This document shows, piece by piece, positions 1-12,099 of a DNA stretch of 64,000 nt. Below the pieces are notes generated by a model. It did no database searches. It had not been told where the DNA came from and was given only the letters and a program-made list of their open reading frames with translations. This stretch comes from Azolla caroliniana (taxonomy: Eukaryota; Plantae; Polypodiophyta), in NCBI GenBank assembly GCA_043228905.1, contig JBHGNT010000017.1, forward strand, positions 5,952,001-6,016,000, in the 5' to 3' direction. The translations under genes were made by a program, and so were the position numbers. Numbering within the stretch: position 1 is the first letter of the stretch; every line of letters begins with the position of its first letter.

Positions 1-392
1 ATATAGGGGCATGTGCTTTCAAAGATATTGTAGGTGCTCTGCGAGAAAGCAAGCAATAAGCTTAATGTTCTGTCAAAAGAAGTTAAAGTGTGGACAATGG
101 AAGGACTATATGTTATGTGATGGAAGGACAAGGAGTAGTAGGGTGGGAAGGTGACTATATAAGTGCTCTCTCACCTCCCTGGTAATGGTTGTTGGTTATT
201 CTTGTATTTTGCTCCTTATTAATACAGTTTTTACCTGCCTTTTCTATATACGTCGAGCTCTCTCAATTTCTCTCCTTCTCTCACACACACATATCACTTC
301 CATTGCACATATCACTCACGATTATTTACATGGTATCAGAGCGATTGGTAGCCTGATCCAAGCTTATTCGTGGGTGTTGTGTCTAAGTCTTT

Positions 393-842
393 TGTTAAGA
401 GATCAAGCTCAACTTAGTTTAGATAGTTAGTCAACCATGTAACTTCGTAGTTACCTAGATAAAATCTAGTTAGAAGTGTTGACTATAACGCCTTAAATAA
501 GACCTTGTACTTACGTGGGATATTATCGATCCTCCACTCCTAAGTACATTTAATATAGGACTTACACCTTAGTACCTATATTCTACTCACACATGTGCAC
601 CTTTGCACATGAGATGTATATATACCTCATTGTGGGTATTTTTGTATTTGATGATGTTGATGCTAATTTAATATATAGTTACTCATCCCCCATCGTGTGT
701 TGTTTATAAGTGTTAACTTCCTCTCTCTCTCTCTTCCTCTCACACACATACACACACATATCACTTAATCTTCTGCTTATCAACTAATCACATAATTAGG
801 TACTAATTAATCCTTGCTTAATTACTTACCTAATTCTTAACA
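393..842 (+). mobile_element. Solo LTR inserted in the 5' UTR of Copia A
   Basis: Ends TGTTAAGA...TCTTAACA (8-bp inverted termini). Its start resembles the LTR at 2908 (TGTTGAGAATCAAACTCAACTTAG). Removing it restores similarity to the Copia B 5' UTR. No clear TSD. Confidence 0.7.
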
Positions 843-1662
843 CCTACATTCATGGAGAATTGGTTGATCACTGTAGCAACAACCTGCACAGTTCGTATCA
901 TAGAGAAGAAGAAGAAGATTCAAGATGAATACTCAGATGGGAAACGTTCTTCCTATTGAGAAACTCGACAAAAACAATTTTGCATCTTGGGAATACAAGA
1001 TGCACCAATACCTTGTCGGCCAAGGTTATTGGGGCTACATCCCCGCTAAGTCGAAGGAGCACAAAAAACGCAACCTAGACTGACACACGCAAACTACCCA
1101 ACCTGGGAGTAGGCTACGAGTCATGTGTTGTACTGCCTTGCATCATGTGTACATGATCACATGCTCGACTACATTTGAGAGGAAAAAACGTCGGAGGAGG
1201 CGTGAGGGAACCTCAAGAATATCTTAATGGCTGCTTGCAAGCTTCAACTCCGTCAAGAGTTGAACAGTATTCAACAGAGGGACATGTCAATCGGCAACTA
1301 CACCTTGAAGATCAAGGAGTTGTGTGAGGCCCTCGCGTTGATCAATGTCAACATTGATGACGATGAAATGGTGTAGATATGCTTCAAAGGCTTGGCACCT
1401 CGGTTTGGCTCAATAAGGTCGGTCGTTCTCGCGAGAGAGGATCCTCCCTCCTTTTTCGATCTCCAGTCAATGTTACTGGTTGAAGAAAACCATGTCCGAA
1501 CAAGGAGAAATGTACAAGAGGGGACACATGCTCTATTTGAACTCGGATGGAGGAAGAGGACAAGGTTGTGGCAGAAGAGGTTGATACGTGCAAGACCGAC
1601 ACAACCAAGGGCAGTCCCATGAGCACAACTTCTACTATTGACAAGATATCACAAACACGGGA

Positions 1663-2170
1663 GGAGCCTCGAGTGGAAGGGGGAGCAATCATGCCGGACC
1701 CAACTAACAGAACAACTTCGTCCAGTGCAGATATTGTGGGAAATTCGGTCACTACGAGATAGAGTTTCGGAAAAGAAAAGTGAGACAACATTCATGAGCC
1801 GACAACTCACAAATTACGCCTCAAATTCCGACTACGATGATATTGTGGGAACAACATTCATGAGCCTCGAGTGGAAGGGGGAGCAATCATGCCGGACCCA
1901 ACTAACAGAACAACTTCGTCCAGTGCAGATATTGTGGGAAATTCGGTCACTACGAGATAGAGTTTCGGAAAAGAAAAGTGAGACAACATTCATGAGCCTC
2001 GAGTGGAAGGGGGAGCAATCATGCCGGACCCAACTAACAGAACAACTTCGTCCAGTGCAGATATTGTGGGAAATTCGGTCACTACGAGATAGAGTTTCGG
2101 AAAAGAAAAGTGAGACAACATTCATGAGCCGACAACTCACAAATTACGCCTCAAATTCCGACTACGATGA
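1663..2170 (+). repeat. Triplication of a 132-bp unit inside Copia A gag
   Basis: Unit GAGCCTCGAGTGGAAGG...GAGACAACATTCAT at ~1663, 1862 and 1994, apparently identical. Visible as a thrice-repeated peptide in ORF 1638..2321. Confidence 0.95.
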
Positions 2171-3787
2171 TTGTGGCGGAATGTTCCTGATACGGCATAG
2201 AGCAAATTCGATGGCAGAATCTTGTTCAATCTGCACTTCCAGTTCCGAAGATGTATGGTTTGTCGATTCGAGTGCGTCAAATCACATGACGTCTCATGCA
2301 GATTGGTTTCGAGAACTCTGAAAACCCAATCGATCCGGCTATGTTGAAATTGGGGATGACACAATACACCCGATTTAGCATGTCGGCAATGTCCTGTTCG
2401 ACAAAGAGGGCAATCAGACCTACATAAAAAATGTCTTGCATGTTCCAACAATAACGAAGAATCCGGTTTCGGTCAGCCAGATCATGCAACAAGGCTTGCA
2501 AGTTCGGTTCAATGATGGAGGATGCTTCATTGAAAAGGAAGGCCAGATTATCGCTTGTGGTCGAAGAGAAGGTCAAATGTTCATCATCGACTCTCATGAG
2601 ATGAAATCGGCAATGTATGCCAAGGGCCGTAGACCCGACATCGACATAGAGTTGTGGCATAAACGAATCAGCCACATCAATCTCCAAAAGCTCAAAGGGA
2701 TGCAATCGAAAGGAGTCGTCATCAGACTCCCGAATTTTACCAAAAAGGAGATGGCAGGTGTATGCGAAGCCTGTCAATTCAGGAAACAACATCGAAAACC
2801 GTTCCCAAAAGAGAGGAACGTGAGCAAAGGGACCTTGGATGTAGTACATTCAGATGTATGGGGACCGGCCCAGATGGCAACATTCGGTGGTTGTCGATAT
2901 TATGTCATGTTGAGAATCAAACTCAACTTAGTCTAGTGTGTGAACACACCCTTGAGAGTGTATGAACACTTAAAGGTCAAAAGTCACACCACTACTCTCT
3001 ACACATTAACTATGTGGCATAGAATCATATTCTATGACACATAACTAATGAGTTTCCACATTCCCCATGACTGATGAGCTTTGGTAGTTAATGAAGAGAG
3101 AGGGTGACTATATAAAGCACCCTCCTCCTACTTTGTAACGTGTCAGTTAATCTCCTTTGTAATATACATCTCCTTGAGTATTCTTTTTTCTATTCTATCT
3201 ATAACACGTTCGCGTTCACAAGTGGAAGGATTGCACATTCCACTTGTAGAATCTTCTTAAAACGAAGCAAATACACCCTCTCTACAAAAATTGGATGCAC
3301 TAGTATCACATGTTCCTCAACTTGATGAGAATTTGCAAATATAAAAATACATGATAGATCTACGAGTGGAGATTATTAGAAATCATGCAAGTTTAGACAC
3401 GTTGATAAGTTAATGTAGGCATAATAAAGTTCAACTATGGCTCAATATGTCACTACTGTGCGACAAGGGAAACACTAACTTAAAGACTTATATTAATTAG
3501 GTAAGTTTTACAAAAATAGCAGGTGTACTTGTATCCATACTAATAAAATGAGTTATAATTTATACTTTGACCCATACGTGCATGTATGTAATTGTGGAAA
3601 ATGTAGGATAGTGCACATTAGGATAAGTGATTGGAATAACTAACTTATTAAAGTATTCAATACTTGTATTTAAAGTTGATCTAATCTATTCCTCAGTTTG
3701 TTCATATGGGATCAAACCATATGTATATAATTGTGGACAATGTAAGGCAGTGAACTTTAGGATAATGTCGTGGAACCTAAACTTTAA

Positions 3788-3962
3788 AGTCGATACGGCG
3801 TATCGAGTTCGTGTTTAAAGTGTAGGTTTTAAATAGGAACTCGATACGCCGTATCGAGTTCCTATTTAAAAAGCAAAAAAAATTATGAACTCGATACGCC
3901 GTATCGAGTTCCTGTATAAAGTTTGTATTGTATACAGGAACTCGATACGGCGTATCGAGTTC
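3788..3962. repeat. Array of four palindromes with core (GAAC)TCGATACG-S-CGTATCGA(GTTC)
   Basis: Copies at ~3790, 3837, 3887 and 3938. Copy 2 extends to TTTAAATAGGAACTCGATACG C CGTATCGAGTTCCTATTTAAA. Copies 3 and 4 form a larger ~32-bp-arm inverted repeat. Confidence 0.95.
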
Positions 3963-4899
3963 TTGAGCGACGAAACATATTTACAAAAATGTCCACAGTG
4001 TCAGAGACCTACCTAGAGTCCTCGCGCTCGATTCTCTTTGAAGACATGGTTGATCGTGTGGCAGTGGAGGCGGAGATCGCGCTTTTGTGCTTTGTGCTCT
4101 ATGTGCTTTGTGTGCTCTATGTGATCTGTACGTTCTGTATGCTCTGTACGCTCTGTACGCTCTTGTGAGTGAAATATGACGAGGTCTTCCTATTTATAGG
4201 GATTGACCACATTGGTTAAAGTAACCATAGTCACCTTAACCAAGGTTGGTAAGTTTGAGGATAGTTAGTTGGTAACCACAGTCACATTAACTAGAGTAAC
4301 TTATGATTGCATTAATGATTACAAAGTCAAACTAACATATTGATCAATCTTTTATAGTCATAACAACCTGCAATGACTTCAAAGGTCATGAAGGAGACAA
4401 TGATAGAGGTTCATGAATGTACCAATGATTGATTACTAAAAGCAACAATTTTTATGACTCTCAAATGCTGTGTATTAAAGATGTGGGCATGAATTAACCA
4501 ATGATTGATAAGTCTAATATTTAAAATGGTGAGCATTAAAGAACCAATGAGTGAGAGGTTCTATATCAAAATGGGTGCCATTAATTAGCCAATGATTTTA
4601 ACATTAATCCAACATATTCATGGCTTGTTAATGATTAGATTTATATTATACTTGATTTAACTTCATATAGATGTAGTTTATATAATAATTGATATTTTAA
4701 ATACAATTACTTTATTAGAAATAAATTTTTTATGTATTGTATTAATAGAATATTACATAATATAGACATTCTATTGATTTGGCTTTTGTTTAGAGAGAAG
4801 TTTATGTTTAGAGAGGAGTATATGTTTAGAGAGGAGCTTATTAGTTTTTTTCCTTACCCTAAGCACATAACTTATAGAGCCCTATCTAGACCTTAAGCC

Positions 4900-7692
4900 A
4901 TGAGTGAAGATTCACCGTTCTCGATTGAAGAATATTGTTTGTCATCAGACTCATCGTTTTCTACTGAAGAGTATTGTTTGTCGACAGAGTCACCATATTC
5001 GATTGAAGAATATTGTCTGTTGACAGACTCACCATATTCTATCGAAGAATATTGTCTGAACTCATCTACAGGGAATGTAAATAATGACACATGTGAAGAG
5101 TTCTCTATTGAAGAATACGATATTAATAAAGATACGGAGAATGAAGGTAGTGCCCAGGAAACATTGAATAACATTGGCGATGGTCACAACAGAGAATTAG
5201 ATTGTAACAAGGTTACACCAACCTCTATGCAGGAAGAGAAATCTGGGAGCCCTATGCATATTAGAAGAATCCCACGAAGAATTCGTCTGGCTAGATTTAG
5301 CTTGGTGACATCAGATAAACAGATTGGATTTGATGTCAAAAAAATATGTTGTGCCCGTGGTTGTATGTCTATGATTGGAAAATCAAAGTTGCGAGAATTA
5401 AGGCGATACTATTTTTCGATGACCGGTGATGAGCAAGACACTTACCTCGGGTCACATATGCAACTAGTATGTGACAAATGTACGGGGATCAAAGTATCAT
5501 TCGAGTATTATATCTTCCATGCGCAAAAGATATGAAGAGTTGCATTCAAAATTGCATTATGTGTTAGTAACATGCGGCTACATAGAGTACAACAACGTCT
5601 ACTTAGCGGGGATCAGATGCTCAATTGTAAAGAGGTTCCAAGTATGAAAGGTGCAATTGGAAGACATGCTATTGGTTGGATGAAAACTTACTTTCAGTTA
5701 AATTGTGAAGTAATGCCCACTACAGGTAGGATGCACCTTTTTGATAATTATACACGTCGGGAAGTTTATGATGTCTATCGATTTGATATGCTGGGCTCAC
5801 GTAATAAGTCTATCACCTATAGCCAATTCACAAGATTATGGAGAGCTCGGTTTTCAAATGTTATTATTCCTCGTAAAGTACGTATGGGGTATTGCTCCAT
5901 TTGTGCAAATCTTAAAAGTTTGGCTAAAGGTGCAAAGACATCAATGGAAAAGGATACGAGTAAGAAGTTACTACAAGAGCATCATGAGGCACAATCCTTA
6001 GAACGAAAAAAGGCGATGCATCATGATGCATCATAGAGAGAAGTGTTTGAAGAGGCCCGAACAATACATGTGCTTAATGATAGATGGCATGGACCAGAAG
6101 AAGACATGCTTGCCGCATATGCGGAGGCTCCCCAAAGATGTCAATGATGAGTGCCTTGTTCAAATGCACTTGGTGGGATGCTTGGCTTATAATAGGTCTG
6201 TTCGACCTGACGTCTTCATTACTTACCCCAATGTTCACAATGACCCTAACCTAATAGTTACAGTGATTCACCGAGTTTTGATGTCTTGGGGCCAAGCTTT
6301 CCCCCATGTTCTATACATTCAATTGGACAATACTGCTAGAGAGAACAAAAATTCAACTGTATTTGGCTATCTAAGTATGTTGGTCAACCTAGAATTGTTT
6401 AGGAAAGTGAAAGTCAATTTCCTTTTGGTTGGCCACACACATGACCATATAGATCAGATGTTTAGCACATTCTCCAGACAGTTGTCTCGGCGTGATGCTT
6501 TCACTTTTACCTAAACTATTTGATGCCATTTGTGATGCATATACACCACGCCCAAAAGTGTTACACTTGAAGGAGGTATATGACTTTAAGAGATATATAT
6601 TAGATGGGAGTGGTGGGAATGTTAAAGTGCTTGCTCAGTTAAACAATATAAGTTTCAATCACATTTTTATGATAAAGAAAAATGGAATAAGTGGTTCTAC
6701 ACTTTTGTATGCTAAACAATATTCATCTTCTACAACATGGGAACCTGAAGGTGGTTGCCAATTATTACTTTTTATGCCGAGTACAATTGTCCATGGAGCT
6801 AAGCAAATGCCAATTGAGAAGAAAGGACAGTTGCAGAGCGACTTGGGTATCAGAACAAAAACGGTCATGGCTCCAAGCCTTAGAAGAAAAAAGAAAGCAT
6901 ATTGAGGCCGCCAAGAAATATGCCGCACAACAAGACACGTCATGGTGGGATGTATTTTATAGTGATTAGAAAGAAATTATAGACAATTGTGTATCTGTTG
7001 ATAATTGGAATTTGGAAACGCCATTCACATGGTCGCTGCAACATGATCGCGTAAATAGAACTCCGGAGCAACTAGTAAATGCGATTAATGACAACTTAGT
7101 CCATCCACAACAAAGAGACATTTATGTGGGACCAAGGATGACCAAAGCAGCCGAAGCTAGATGGCAAGGCAATTTGCAAGAGCTCACCGCGGGGATGTTG
7201 ATTGCAACACCGGCTGATGAGAACTCACATGGCCACCAATTTTGGGTTGGTAAAATTCTAGAAGTGCTAATGCATGAAATAGAAAACACGATCAAGTCTA
7301 TAAATGTTCATTGGTACAACACTAGAAGTGCAAATGCTTTTACAGGTAAGTATACATTGGAGATGATTGAATGCCCAACAAGAAGAGGAGGTAGGAAGAG
7401 GAAGCGAAACATTCGTAACACCTCGACCCTTGATATCTCTGATGTGGATATCATCGTGTACGACTTCACACTTACAAAAGCCGGACGATTAAGGAAGTCA
7501 ACAATAGATATAATAAAAGAAAAATTACCAGGTCTACAAGGTGGCTCGAGTCAAAGGCAAACGAGATCTGCTACATATAATCTAGAGTCAAACCATTTGG
7601 TTTATGACGAAGATAATGCACTGATTGGTACATCCGAGGATGATGAGGAGGAATCGTCATTGTATATTAGTTATAGTAGTGATTCTCCGTAA
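4900..7692 (+). pseudogene. Sola-like DDD transposase, disrupted (ORF pieces 4900-5535, 5572-6036, 6023-6514, 6492-6905, 7012-7692)
   Basis: Motifs 'CCARGC', 'YSQFTRLWRARFSNVIIP...CSICANL', 'MIDGMDQKK', 'YIQLDNTARENKN' and 'FLLVGHTHDHIDQMFS'. Lesions include a TGA at 5533, a 10-bp GATGCATCAT duplication at ~6015 and a frameshift at ~6505. Confidence 0.85.
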
Positions 7693-10254
7693 AGGAGTGA
7701 TCATGAATGTATATTTGGCTATTAAGTGTAACTACATTCCGCTTGTAACAAATCGAGTAATATAAAAGCATGTGTTTTGAATTCTTATGATTTCTAAAAA
7801 ATCGTTTCTTATAAAATAACATTGGCTGTAAAGTTTGTGATATAAATTGAGAATGTATCTTTTTGAAATTCGTCTTTTTTTAGTTACTTCTAAATCACGA
7901 AAATAGTGGATTTTTAACCTTTTTCATAGTATGTTTGAGCATGTATGATACTGGTATCAATGTGTTTTGTAAAATCATTGAAAAAGCCCTAAAATTTCCC
8001 TTATCCTTCCATTTATGCGCGATCCTTCCACTTGTGAACGCGAACATGTTCTATCTTGTGTCTCTCTCCTCTCCTATTCTCAAACACACACCACAACACA
8101 CATCTCTAACCTATTCTGCTGCATAGAATCATACCACGATTCATTACATGGTATCAGAGAAGTTTGGTAGCTCAATCTAGCCCATCCGCGTGTGTTGTGT
8201 TCTACGCCGACATTCGAGAAGAATCGGTCCATCATTATCGTAGTGCCACTACATAGCTCGTGTTCGAAAGAGAAGGAAAGCTTCATCGACATAATGAATA
8301 TTCAAATGGGGAGCGCTCTTCCTAGCAAGAAGTTGGATAGAAACAACTTTGCATCTTGGGAGTACAAGATGCACCAATACCTTGTCAGCCAAAGATATTG
8401 GAGCTACATCAAAGGAGCACAAGAAAATCAACTCGACCCAAAGGACGTTGACTACTCAACATGGGAGCAAGTGGCAAGTCGAGTAATGTATTGCTAGATA
8501 ACATGTGTTCATGACCACATGCTCGGCTACATTCAAGAAGCAGAGACGCCAAAGGAAGCATGGGAGAATCTTAGGAATATTTTTGCAGACAACACAACCA
8601 CACAAAAGCTTCAACTTCGCCAGGAGTCGAACAACATTCAATAAAGGTTAATGTCCATCACAAGCTACACCTTGAAAATCAAGGAGCTTTGTGATTCACT
8701 CGTCTCAATAAGCGTCAATGAGGAGGATGATGAGATGGTGCAAATATTGCTTGGTGGCCTTGCACCACGGTTCGGCATGATGAGGACCACCATACTAGCA
8801 AGGGAGAATCCTCCCTCTTTCTTCGATCTTCAATCAATGCTATTGGTTGAAGAAAATCATGTTCAAACTAAAAGCAATGCCTCAAAAGGCCACATGCTCT
8901 ACACACACTCGAATGGAGGAAGAGGACGCAACCGAGGAAGAAGAGGCCAAGTCGGCCAAGGATGAGGCAGACGAGCTCCGACCTATGAAAACAACTCCCA
9001 ATTTCGGCAAGAAAGCAGCAACAATCAAGGAACGTTCGGAAGAAGGATGAGTTTCCATGCCGGTCCAAGCCAACAAAACTTGATCAAATGCGGACATTGC
9101 GGCAAAATCGGTCATCACGAAGAAGAGTGTCGAAAAAAGAAGTGTGAGTCGGCTTCCACAAGCCGACAACTAACCAATTATGCCACCAACTCCGACTATG
9201 ACGACCATGGCGGAATGTTCATGATGAGACATAGAGAAAATTCTATGTCGGCTTCTACTTCGACTAGTGCCTCCGGTCCGAAAGATGTATGGTTCATCGA
9301 CTCCGGTCCTTCGAACCATATGACGTCTCATCAAGAATGGTTCTGAGACTTACGAGAGTCGTATTGACCTGGCTATGTCGAAACCGGAGATGACACCACT
9401 CATTTGATTCGGCATGTCGCCAATGTCCCATTCAGGAAAGAAGGTGAACAAACTTGTATCAAAAATGTCTTGCATGTAGCCACCATAACGAAGAATTTGG
9501 TCTCAGTCGGCCAAATTGTGGGGCAAGGGATGCAAGTTTGATTCAACCAAGGTGGTTGTTTCATCGAGAAGGAAGGCCGACTAACTACTCGTGGTCGAAG
9601 GGAAGACTGAATGTTTATCCTCAAATCGAATGAGGTAAAATCGGCCTCGCACAACCGTGTGTTTCTGTGGCCAAGTTTGGTCACCCAACCTAATGTATAT
9701 AGTATAAATATGAGAAACCTGCCATTTTCTCTCATTTTTCAAACAAGATTTTCAGGTTTTTTTGCCGGGAAAGATTTTCAGCTAGGTCGTACTTGTCATT
9801 TTCTCTCATTCTCCATAGCTAGCTTCACCCCCATTTACACCAAAGGTAAATATTTTACTTGTTTCTACTTTTTCTACAATTTTTTTTGGGTGTAAATCAT
9901 TTTTTTCCATGTTGAGGGTTTAGGGTTCAGGAAAATGTAATGGTTTGCTTGATCATTGATTTTAGAAAATGTTTAGGGTTTTGCATGATAATGGATTGTT
10001 GATAATTGATATTTGATTAATTAGGGTTTTGGTTTATTTATGGTTTAGGGTTTTTGGTGTAAATGTCATTGTTCATGTCGCAGGTTTCAGGATTGGGAAA
10101 ATGTTTAGGGTTTTGATTGATGGTTGATTATTGTTTTTTTAGGGTTTTACTTGAGTTATGATTAAATTTCTTGGTGTAAATCATGTTTTTCATGTCCAGG
10201 GTTTAGGGTTCAGGAAAATGTTTACAGTTTTGCTTGATTTCTATATGATTTCCT

Positions 10255-10400
10255 TTACTTGAATTAGGGTTTAGCTTTTGCTTGACTTTAGATTCATGCT
10301 TTTGCTTGATTTTAGATTCATGCTTGATTTTAGGTTCATGCTTTTTGCTTGATTTTAGGTTCATGCTTTTTCTTGATTTTAGACCCATGCTTTCACTTGA
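10255..10400 (+). repeat. ~25-bp tandem repeat (TTTTGCTTGATTTTAGRTTCATGC)
   Basis: About five to six imperfect copies directly visible. Confidence 0.85.
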
Positions 10401-12099
10401 TCTTGTGGATGGTTGCCGAGTCCAAGTACAAAGAGTGGTTGGATCCCGATAACAGTGACATAAATCCAAAAGAAGGGAGGTATGTCACGAGCCAATTTTG
10501 ATTGTTATTGGGTATGATGTGTGATGCATGTATGGTGACCGATGATTTGTTAAAGGGTTTTTGTTAGAGGACATTGGAGAAATTATGCATTTGACACATT
10601 TGAGGGTGGAAAGAGGTTGGACCAAGGACTGGCGGTTTCTCCTCGGATTGACCCCATATTTGGCATGACATCATTCAAGGAAGATGCTCCTCCAAATGGC
10701 ATGTGGATGTACTTCATTGTGTTATCTCGATCTTCTTGTAAATATAGTCGGACAAATCTAACACATACTCTCAACACCAAATAGTGAGGTCCCAAACTCG
10801 TTGTATAGAGTTGGGCGAGATGCATGTGGGAACAAGGCTCACGCATGTATCTTGGCTGAGTGTTGTCACAAATCGCCAAAATGGTATTGCAAGAAATGCG
10901 ACATTGAAGCACACTTACGGAAGAGACACGACATCGACATAGTGTTGCCAAGAGGAATGAGGATAAAGGAAGAGGAGGGTATTTTCGGGGTGTGCTTCAA
11001 CAACTCTAAGTGCCAGAGACTGCTAAAACGTTTCAAGGACCCCAAGATCAAGTACCATAGAAATCGGCAATCTTACATCCGTAAGTTGAAGGTAAGGGCC
11101 GCTTCTAGCTTCAACTCCACCCCTCTTGAACTCAGACAAGACACCGAGGCAGAGTTTGTGGCACGATTTATGGAGCATGAGATGGCAATCATGAGTCCAA
11201 AAAAGATGAACGGATGGAGATGTTGAAGAAGAAGATTGCATCCGGACTGGAGTCTTACGTAAGTATTAAACTTTCATGCTTTTTTAGTGTATGAGGGTTA
11301 CCTATTTGGATTTGGTCATAACATGTGTGTATTCAATGTAAAACTGTGTAAAAAGGAAGGGATATCCATCAAAGAAGGTGATTTGTCAACTGATACACAA
11401 GAGACACAACAACCATCTAATGTGACCACATCACCTAGATGGAGACAACCAAAATTGCAAGTTAGACAGAAGGAGGTGGAGTCGTTGACTAATGTTGTCA
11501 CGTTAACATCATATTTAGATGATGAACCACCAAATGTGGCCATGATACAGATTGGAAGCGGCAATGCCATCTGATTGTGGATCCAAACACCAGACATGCA
11601 GTTAGCCAGGTTTTTGATTAGTGGATTACAATTTGTAAATTTTAGATTAGAGTGTGGCTCAATTCAATTTGCATGCTAGTTGTTTTTGTAATAGGTACCA
11701 ACTTGCATGCCGAAGGCTAGGTCTCGCTATTGACATGGAGGAGTTAGATCTCCAAATCATGTGCAAGGAGGGAGAAATGGCATCCACATGGACCATGACA
11801 TTATTCACCATGTGGATGGAGTATTCATTGCCCCATGAGGTGTCTGAAAGGTTCACGATAGTAGACCCACTTTGGGTGCAACTACAAAAGCAAATGGCTA
11901 AGGTGCAAGACATCCTCGGATGTGTGGCTGAGCGTGACTTCATATTCATTCCGATTGTGGTCTCAGGCCATTGGGTGCTATGGACAAAGTTGCGGCACAA
12001 AGTTTCTAAGCTAACCAACACAATAATATTTTGCGATCCACTAAATAATGAGGCAACTAGCACCTTGTGGAGTCTTGCAGAAATCGCGGACAATATCTA

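Larger units (their letters stand above)
1..2907 (+). mobile_element. Degenerate Ty1/Copia LTR retrotransposon (copy A): end of 5' LTR, PBS, gag-protease-partial integrase; truncated by a nested insertion
   Basis: LTR end ...TTTACA then PBS TGGTATCAGAGC at 331-342 (tRNA-iMet). Gag start 'EKLDKNNFASWEYKMHQYL' at ~960, protease 'WFVDSSASNHMT' at ~2256, GAG-pre-integrase 'LWHKRISH...CEACQ' and 'HSDVWGPA'. Many stops and frameshifts. Confidence 0.93.
3203..8050 (+). mobile_element. Sola-like (Sola1/DUF7869-type) cut-and-paste DNA transposon with TIRs and a 4-bp TSD
   Basis: Left end AACACGTTCGCGTTCACAAGTGGAAGGATTGCACAT (3203-3238) vs reverse complement of the right end AACATGTTCGCGTTCACAAGTGGAAGGATCGCGCAT. 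TSD CTAT at 3199-3202 and 8051-8054. Internal DDD transposase motifs. Confidence 0.85.
2908..9646 (+). mobile_element. Degenerate Ty1/Copia (copy B); 5' LTR split by the Sola-like transposon; truncated after the protease
   Basis: TG start at 2908. The LTR resumes at 8055 and ends ...TTACA at 8148. PBS TGGTATCAGAG at 8149-8159. Gag 'KLDRNNFASWEYKMHQY', zinc knuckle 'CGHCGKIGHHEEEC', protease 'WFIDSGPSNHMT'. Confidence 0.92.

Noticed and set aside
3788-3962. CRISPR-like repeat-spacer look of the palindrome array
   Set aside because: Only four units. The spacers are AT-rich and partly related or inverted, the context is a eukaryotic transposon, and no cas-like ORF is visible.
9915-10270. Interstitial telomere
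   Set aside because: The TTTAGGG motifs are dispersed single copies (telo-box-like), not a tandem array.
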